The notes beneath the pieces are model-generated. The model made no database searches. It was not told the DNA's origin and saw only the letters and a list, made by a program, of their open reading frames with translations. Of a stretch of DNA of 26,763 bases, positions 8,909 through 15,513 are shown in pieces. The stretch covers positions 1 to 26,763 of the IMG/VR virus record IMGVR_UViG_3300032328_000237; one strand, given 5' to 3'. The DNA is from a virus (lineage: Duplodnaviria; Caudoviricetes). Position 1 is the first letter of the stretch; the number at the start of each line of letters is the position of its first letter. A program made the position numbers and the translations under genes.

Positions 8909-11900
8909 ATGCCACGAGTAGAAATACCGGGTGTAGGGATTGTACGCTTTCCAGATAACATGTCTCGTGAAGACATTATGTCTCAAGCTACGGCTATGCA
9001 GCAAAAGGCTAGCCAACCTTTACTTGACCCTAAAGAATTACCTACTTCTGAACTTGTTAAAGGTGGATTTAGCCGTGGCATTGAAGGATTAAAAGGTACA
9101 GCGTTTGATTTACTCCCTGCGCTAGGTGCTTCATTAATTGGTAAAGACGCTTACGCTAAAGAACAGCTAAAAGAATATAGCGATCGTATGGCAGCTGCGC
9201 AAGAAGAATCGCCTATTGCATATAAGTCCTATAAAGATATTGGCAGTATTGGTAACATGTTTGATTTTGCTGCTGAGACATTTGGTGAAATTGGACCTGA
9301 TATTGCCTCGTTTATGGTGGGTGCTGGTGTTGGCAGTGTCGCTGGTAAAACGATTGCTAAAAAAGCCTTAGAAAAACAAATTCGTGAGCAAGCATCCGAG
9401 ACCGCTGCAAAGCGTGGGTTAGATGATGTGGCTGAAAAAGCCCTAGCAGAACGTTTAATGTCCCGTGCCAAGCAGGGTGCTGTCGGTGTTAAAGCAACCG
9501 AGGCTGGTGCTAATGTAGGTTTAAAGACGGGTTTATTTGGTACATCTTTTGGTATTAACATACCTGACGTACTTAATAGTGTGTACGAAGATACTGGCGA
9601 GTTATCACCTGGTATTGCTTTAACGATCGGCTCCCTGGTTGCAGCGTTAGATACCTATCTCCCACAAAAGATCTTAAGCCAACTTAGCCCATCTGCTAAA
9701 GAGCGGATTGCTGCTCAAATGCTTGAAAAATCTGCCCTTGTTCCAACCACGTTTAAAAGAGCTTTTGGCGCAGAGATATTAAAGACAAGTGCTGGTGAAG
9801 CATTAACTGAGAGTGCACAGGAAGCCATTACTAAGCTTGGCTCGCAGATTGCTGGTGACAAAGACCCATTCTTTTCCCAAGAAAACATTGATCAGATTCT
9901 TACTGCATCATTAAAAGGATTTATTGGTGGTGGTACGTATGGCGCCCCCGGTGCCGCTTTTGAAGCTAAGCGTATTAAAGATGAACGAAATCGTCAGATT
10001 GCCGAGAGAGAAGCGCAACAAACTCCTCCAACTACGCCGGGTGCGACAACAGATGCTGCACCAACTGAAGCCGAGCTTACTCCTGCACAAATACGTGAAC
10101 AGAAACAACTCGCTGCACGACAACAAATTTATGGGGATCTTTTTGGTGAACCTGTACCTGCTGGTACACGTGGCGCTCCTACTTTTCCAGTTGACGGATC
10201 TGTTCCAGTAGAAGAAGGGGTACCTGCCCGCCCAGCCGAAACCGTTGCAGCACAACAAGAATTAGACTTAGGTACGGCACCCGTTCAAGGTGAATTAGGT
10301 CTTGAACAATCTACACAAGTTACACCTGCCCCCGCTCAATTTGCCACAGTATTAACTCCAGAAGTTTTAAAAGACACTGGTCTCAAACCACAATCCGGGT
10401 TTTATAAAAAACTTCTTAACAAGGACATGGCTAATCCAGAGGACCAGGCAACCGTACGGGATACACTTATAGAAGTTAGACAAAATAAAAACCTAACCGA
10501 TTCGACCAAAGAAGCTACAGAACGTATTGCTATGCAGGCGTTTGGTGCGTTAGCTCAGCAACAAGAAATGTTTGGTCCTCGTGGTGGGGTTTTAAAAGGA
10601 GCCGAATATGGAGGAGTTCAACCTAAACCTGTCGGTGGAGCTGGTGGAGCAGGCGTTCCTGTTCCTAGTGAACGAGAGGGCGAAGGAGCCCCCGCAGGAG
10701 TTACAACACCTGGAGAGCAAGGATTGGCTCCAACTACAGAGGCTGCTGATGTCACTACAGATAGAGAAGAGTTACAGCCGAGTGCACTAACTGCGGAGGA
10801 GCAAGATGCGCTACAACAAGAATTGGCTACGGAAATGGGGGGAGAACCTACAACGCAAACTGCGCCCGCACCTCAAGCCCCTGCTGTGGGAGTTAGTGAA
10901 GGAGTTCCTGAAGGAGTTAGTCCGGCAGTCACTGCGCCTGTTACTCAAGTTACCCCTGCCGAAGCGGTGGCATCAAAAGCTGCTTCTAAAGCTCCTAAAA
11001 CTATAAGGAATGAAAAAGGCAGCTTAGAGTTTCAAGAACTTGGTCGCCCAAGTGAGACTAACTTTACACAGTTCTTGGGTAAAGGCTATCTTGGATTTGC
11101 TACTGAAGACATACAGGACATTGACGATACCTTAAAAATTACCGATGTCGTGCAAGGTAAATTCGGTGTTAATCCGATGCTCAATGCGGCTAAGATTTAC
11201 TTTAGCAAGATGCCCCGCACGGTTGATAACCTTATCAATATTGCGTTTGATATGGCGTTTGATACCCCAGCTTTCCGTCAAAGTCCTGACGATCCACTAG
11301 CTGCTGACGAAGTAGCATTTTTCCGTGGTATGGGTGGTAAGAATGCACGGTTTGCCCATACTTGGGTGCTACAAAACTTAAGCCCTGAAGCCCAGCAAAA
11401 AATGCGTGATTTTATCCGAGGCTTTGAAATAGCTCGTGATAATTACAGTAATGAGCAATTAATGGACTTAATTCGTAGTGGTATTTCTGGAGTAAGAGAA
11501 AACTATAACAACGAAACGGCTAAGAGTTATGTTGAGGGCCAAGCAGCCGAAAACGCCGCTGCTCGCACCCGTGCACAACGTCGTGCCATATTCCCAAATA
11601 AAGAAGAACGTAGAAAAACTATTGCTGAGCAAGAAACGTTTGAAAAAGAATTAGCCGAGATTAAAGGTAAGAAAGTTAAAAAAGCTCTAGCAGGTCCAAT
11701 ATCTCAGTTATCTATGCCTTTGCATCCAGCAATTGCGGCTAGATTAGTTGCTGGTGATTTAGTAGGTGCTTTGCGTATGTTGTCGGCTAACCCCAACAAC
11801 TTTATTGCACGTGCTGCTTCTCGTCTAGCTAATGTTAATTTACAGACAAAACTTGTTATACAGGAAAACCTCTACAACGATGCCGGCAAACCTGTACCTG

Positions 11901-14900
11901 GCTACTATGACCCTAACAACGACACAATTTACATCGACCCTAACTCGGGCATGAATGTACATACGTTGCTACATGAGGCAGGACACGCAGCTACATCGCA
12001 TGTAATGGATAATCCAAGCCACCCCCTTACAAAACAAGTTACAAACCTACTAAATAAGATTCGGGATAGTCTTGGCTCAGCTTATGGTGCTACTAACCCA
12101 GATGAGTTCCTTGCTGAAGCTCAGTCAAATCCAGAGTTTAAAGCGTTGCTTCAGTCTATTTATCCTGATGGCAAACCAATTAGTGCTTGGGATCAGTTAG
12201 TCCGCATGATTAGTAACTTTATGCGTCGTCTGTTTCGTATGAAGCCACGTCCGTTAGAATCTGCTTTTGATCAAGTAGACCGTTTTATTAATGGTATTAT
12301 CTCTCCAGCCCCTGAATCTCGTGATGCTGGCATCTTATATTCGGCTGCAAATACTGGCGTAGCGAACAAAGTATTTGACCGTTTAGGCGCATCCCTAGAA
12401 GCTCTACCCGGCATGACCCCAGCTCGTGCAGATAACGTCCACGAGTTCTTAAAGAATACCGTTGGTGGTAACTTCCGTAACTTTACGCTGTCCTTGCTAC
12501 CATTAAACGCTTTATCCGACGTAGCTAAACAAAAAGGGCTGAAAGATGCTCCATTGGTTGACCGTTTAGTAAACGAGCGTGGTGGTTACGAGTACAAACT
12601 AAATGAGAAGATTGAGCCTGTAGTTAAACAAGCTGAAGACTTTGCCAAGAAAGAAAGCCAAGCTCAGATAGATCTGTTTAACAAGGTTGTTTACGACAGC
12701 ACCCTCAATAAAGTCGATCCGACCAAACTTCGTACTGACTATAAAACACCTGAAGAACAGAAATCTTATGACGAAGTTAAAGCTAACTACGACAAACTAG
12801 GTGGTGCTGGTAGGGCGCTTTACGTCACAATGCGTGACGCTTACAAAGAAATGTATCAACGTATTATTGATACGATTAATGAACGGATTGATGCATCGGT
12901 TACTGATCCAGCGAGAGCTAGCATAATTAAAAAAGATATTTATGAGCGTTTAATTACCAAAGGTAGGATTGATCCTTATTTCCCATTAGCACGTTATGGC
13001 AAGTACTGGTTATCATACTCGGCCCGGGATGACGCTGGACAGATGGAATTTTACGTTGAAGCGTTTGAAACTGAACGTGAACGTGCCCGCTACATGCAGC
13101 AATTAGAGCAATCAGGTGCGCAAAATGTTCAGGCTTTCTCCAATCTATCTGAATTAGACTATCGTAAAACACCATCTGGTTCATTTGTTAATGGCGTATT
13201 ACAAGTTATGGAGCTTAATAAAGTTCCACCAGAAGCCATTGAAGAAGTGCTACGTTTATTCTTAAGTAGTTTGCCAGAAACAGCGTTTGCTCAATCCTTT
13301 CAACGTCGTAAAGAAACGCTTGGTTTTAACAGAGACGCTATCCGTGCTTTGCGTGAACGGGTTTACCGCACATCCCATCAATTAGCCAGCATGCGCTATG
13401 CGTCTAAGTTAAATGAAGTTTTAGATAAGATGAAAGAATATGCTCGTGGTGTAGGTAAAGGTGCTGGTGATGAAGCACAACGAGACAATCGTGTAATTAA
13501 TGAGTACGTTAAAGAGTTTGAAAAGCGTATTAGTTATATCAATAATCCAACCGTATCTAAGTGGTCGCAAGTTGCAACCTCGTTTGGTTTTAATATGACT
13601 CTTGGCTTTAACGTATCGTCTGCCGTTATTAACTTAACCCAGATTCCGTTAATTCTTTACCCATACCTAGCCGGAACTTACGGTTATGGTGAGACAAGCA
13701 GAGCTATTAGCGACGCCTACAAGATTTATTTAAATAGTGGTTTTAATCGTGAAGTAGAACTTATAGGCTCTAATGGGCAGCGTGTACGCCAAAAAGCTAT
13801 GCCAGCTTTAGATAACTATAACTTTGACGATCCTAATTTACCTCCGCAAATTAAACGTTTAAAAACTTTATCCCGTGTTGCTAGAGATCAAGGGCAGCTT
13901 AATCGCTCGCAGTTGTATGACATCCTAGAAGTAGATGAGCGTAACAATGCTTTGTCTAAAGTTAATGCCGCTTCTGGTTTTATCTTCCATCATGGTGAGC
14001 GATTAAATCGTCAAATAGCTTTAATTGCTGCGTATAACCTTGACCTTAACAGGATGATGACTAAGCCAACCAAGGAAGAGGCTGGTCTAACTCAAGAGCA
14101 GAAAGAAGAAAAAGCAGCTAATAATGCGATATACACCACAGAATTAACTAATGGTGGAATTTCTGCAGCTGCGGCACCACGTATTGCTCAAAGCTCGCTA
14201 GGTAAAGTTTTGTTTATGTTTAAACGCTATGGCGTTTCTATGTATTACTTGTTATTTAAGACCGCTCGTGAAGCTTTAAAAGGTGAAACACCTGAAATAC
14301 GTCAAGCCGCTATGCGTCAAATCGCTGGTATTTACGGTACTTCGGCATTATTTGCTGGTATTCAAGGTGTGCCAATGTTTGGTGTTGTAGCTATGATTTA
14401 TAACGCATTTGCAGATGATGATGAAGATGATTTAGAAACCGCTACTCGTAAATACTTAGGTGAATTACCTTATAAAGGCTTACTTAACTACGTAACTAAC
14501 GTTGAGATTGCAAGCCGTACAGGACTGAGTGACTTAATTATTCGTGATTCTGGTAAGCAAGATTCTCAGACAATTGCCTTGACTATGATGGAGATGCTTG
14601 GTGGTCCTGTATTTGGTGTTGCATCTAGAGTTGAGCGTGGTTTAGACATGATCCGTGACGGCAATGTTCAACGTGGTATTGAGAACATATTGCCATCGTC
14701 TTTAGGTAACATACTAAAGGGTATCCGATACTCAACCGAAGGCACTACAACTTTACGTGGTGATCCAATTACTGGAGAAGTTAACCCATGGAACGTGGCT
14801 GCCCAAGCGTTTGGCTTTGCTCCTGCCGATTACACCCGCCAGCTTGAAATTAACAATCGTCAAAAAGGTATTGATAAATCGGTTAATCAAGAAGAAACTA

Positions 14901-15148
14901 AGCTAAAACGTCAATACTATACGGCAACCCGCATGGGGGATAGCCAAGGAAGAAAAGAAGCTCGTGACAAACTTTTAGAGTTAGGTGCTAAACATCCATC
15001 CCTAGAGATCAATGCTGATACGATTGGTGATGTTTTAGACCGATCTATTGAAGCGCAGAAACGAGTAACTGATCGTATGCGTAACGGGGTAGCTTACAGT
15101 CCGAAGATGCTTAAAGAGATCGAACAAAACCTTAAAGAATATGACTAG
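8909..15148 (+). CDS. giant internal virion / large polyvalent protein with zincin metallopeptidase and PLxRFG-like domains
   Basis: 2079 aa; AAGGAG RBS; LLHEAGHAAT...DEFLAEA near 11970-12120; YFPLARYG near 12980; Pro/Ala-rich linker ~10020-11000; last gene of the late arm. Confidence 0.75.
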   Translation: MPRVEIPGVGIVRFPDNMSREDIMSQATAMQQKASQPLLDPKELPTSELVKGGFSRGIEGLKGTAFDLLPALGASLIGKDAYAKEQLKEYSDRMAAAQEESPIAYKSYKDIGSIGNMFDFAAETFGEIGPDIASFMVGAGVGSVAGKTIAKKALEKQIREQASETAAKRGLDDVAEKALAERLMSRAKQGAVGVKATEAGANVGLKTGLFGTSFGINIPDVLNSVYEDTGELSPGIALTIGSLVAALDTYLPQKILSQLSPSAKERIAAQMLEKSALVPTTFKRAFGAEILKTSAGEALTESAQEAITKLGSQIAGDKDPFFSQENIDQILTASLKGFIGGGTYGAPGAAFEAKRIKDERNRQIAEREAQQTPPTTPGATTDAAPTEAELTPAQIREQKQLAARQQIYGDLFGEPVPAGTRGAPTFPVDGSVPVEEGVPARPAETVAAQQELDLGTAPVQGELGLEQSTQVTPAPAQFATVLTPEVLKDTGLKPQSGFYKKLLNKDMANPEDQATVRDTLIEVRQNKNLTDSTKEATERIAMQAFGALAQQQEMFGPRGGVLKGAEYGGVQPKPVGGAGGAGVPVPSEREGEGAPAGVTTPGEQGLAPTTEAADVTTDREELQPSALTAEEQDALQQELATEMGGEPTTQTAPAPQAPAVGVSEGVPEGVSPAVTAPVTQVTPAEAVASKAASKAPKTIRNEKGSLEFQELGRPSETNFTQFLGKGYLGFATEDIQDIDDTLKITDVVQGKFGVNPMLNAAKIYFSKMPRTVDNLINIAFDMAFDTPAFRQSPDDPLAADEVAFFRGMGGKNARFAHTWVLQNLSPEAQQKMRDFIRGFEIARDNYSNEQLMDLIRSGISGVRENYNNETAKSYVEGQAAENAAARTRAQRRAIFPNKEERRKTIAEQETFEKELAEIKGKKVKKALAGPISQLSMPLHPAIAARLVAGDLVGALRMLSANPNNFIARAASRLANVNLQTKLVIQENLYNDAGKPVPGYYDPNNDTIYIDPNSGMNVHTLLHEAGHAATSHVMDNPSHPLTKQVTNLLNKIRDSLGSAYGATNPDEFLAEAQSNPEFKALLQSIYPDGKPISAWDQLVRMISNFMRRLFRMKPRPLESAFDQVDRFINGIISPAPESRDAGILYSAANTGVANKVFDRLGASLEALPGMTPARADNVHEFLKNTVGGNFRNFTLSLLPLNALSDVAKQKGLKDAPLVDRLVNERGGYEYKLNEKIEPVVKQAEDFAKKESQAQIDLFNKVVYDSTLNKVDPTKLRTDYKTPEEQKSYDEVKANYDKLGGAGRALYVTMRDAYKEMYQRIIDTINERIDASVTDPARASIIKKDIYERLITKGRIDPYFPLARYGKYWLSYSARDDAGQMEFYVEAFETERERARYMQQLEQSGAQNVQAFSNLSELDYRKTPSGSFVNGVLQVMELNKVPPEAIEEVLRLFLSSLPETAFAQSFQRRKETLGFNRDAIRALRERVYRTSHQLASMRYASKLNEVLDKMKEYARGVGKGAGDEAQRDNRVINEYVKEFEKRISYINNPTVSKWSQVATSFGFNMTLGFNVSSAVINLTQIPLILYPYLAGTYGYGETSRAISDAYKIYLNSGFNREVELIGSNGQRVRQKAMPALDNYNFDDPNLPPQIKRLKTLSRVARDQGQLNRSQLYDILEVDERNNALSKVNAASGFIFHHGERLNRQIALIAAYNLDLNRMMTKPTKEEAGLTQEQKEEKAANNAIYTTELTNGGISAAAAPRIAQSSLGKVLFMFKRYGVSMYYLLFKTAREALKGETPEIRQAAMRQIAGIYGTSALFAGIQGVPMFGVVAMIYNAFADDDEDDLETATRKYLGELPYKGLLNYVTNVEIASRTGLSDLIIRDSGKQDSQTIALTMMEMLGGPVFGVASRVERGLDMIRDGNVQRGIENILPSSLGNILKGIRYSTEGTTTLRGDPITGEVNPWNVAAQAFGFAPADYTRQLEINNRQKGIDKSVNQEETKLKRQYYTATRMGDSQGRKEARDKLLELGAKHPSLEINADTIGDVLDRSIEAQKRVTDRMRNGVAYSPKMLKEIEQNLKEYD
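10608..10790 (+). CDS. candidate nested (+1 frame) 60-aa gene inside the giant virion gene
   Basis: AAGGAG at 10596-10601, 6 nt before the ATG; protein-like amphipathic helical sequence; overlaps a low-complexity linker of the host ORF. Confidence 0.5.
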   Translation: MEEFNLNLSVELVEQAFLFLVNERAKEPPQELQHLESKDWLQLQRLLMSLQIEKSYSRVH

Positions 15149-15149
15149 G

Positions 15150-15176
15150 AAAAAAACCCCCGAACTAGTCGGGGGT
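15150..15176 (-). terminator. intrinsic terminator for - strand transcription
   Basis: ACCCCCGA-5 nt loop-TCGGGGGT stem with A7 at 15150-15156 (U-tract on the - strand); no U-tract on the + side. Confidence 0.85.
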
Positions 15177-15225
15177 CAAAGGGTTCTTCACGTTTCGGAG
15201 AACTAAAGCAACAGGAGAATGTTGC
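15150..15225 (-). ncRNA. candidate small antisense RNA (three hairpins, anti-Shine-Dalgarno loop)
   Basis: SL1 GCAACA-UUCUCC-UGUUGC, SL2 GUUCU...AGAAC, then the terminator; TATACT -10-like hexamer at 15237-15232; 13-nt perfect complement to the RBS at 19952-19964. Confidence 0.55.
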
Positions 15226-15237
15226 AACTGCAGTATA

Positions 15238-15513
15238 TTACAAAATTCGCCAAAAACGCATTCCTAATTTCCCACCTTCAATCCTGTCGTAGCCTTTCAG
15301 TTTAATTTCCTTTTCCTTTGCTACTATTTGCATCTGTTTGTTTAATTCTGCTAAGTTAATAGCAGGAATAAAAATTGATGCTCCTACAACAAAATCGTCC
15401 CAATTTACTTTAATAACCACTCCATCAGGGCAGACTTGACCCTTCTGTCGTATCACCTTCAAGGGCAGCTTTATGTTCTGCAACGGCTGTGAGGGCTTGT
15501 TCTCTGTCGTCAT
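15238..15513 (-). CDS. hypothetical protein downstream of the primase-helicase
   Basis: Protein-like C-terminal half (WDDFVVGASIFIP...GMRFWR); overlaps the primase 3' end; start uncertain. Confidence 0.65.
   Translation of the reverse strand: MTTENKPSQPLQNIKLPLKVIRQKGQVCPDGVVIKVNWDDFVVGASIFIPAINLAELNKQMQIVAKEKEIKLKGYDRIEGGKLGMRFWRIL

Noticed and set aside
213-13184. Antisense and most alternate-frame ORFs within the late arm (e.g. 213-470, 1092-1484, 1622-1945, 8118-8447, 9924-10211)
   Set aside because: They overlap well-supported genes almost entirely, have shadow-frame composition and lack a convincing RBS.
15228-15243. LexA-box-like sequence overlapping the sRNA -10 hexamer
   Set aside because: Two mismatches in the conserved CTGT-N8-ACAG arms, and no supporting copies elsewhere.
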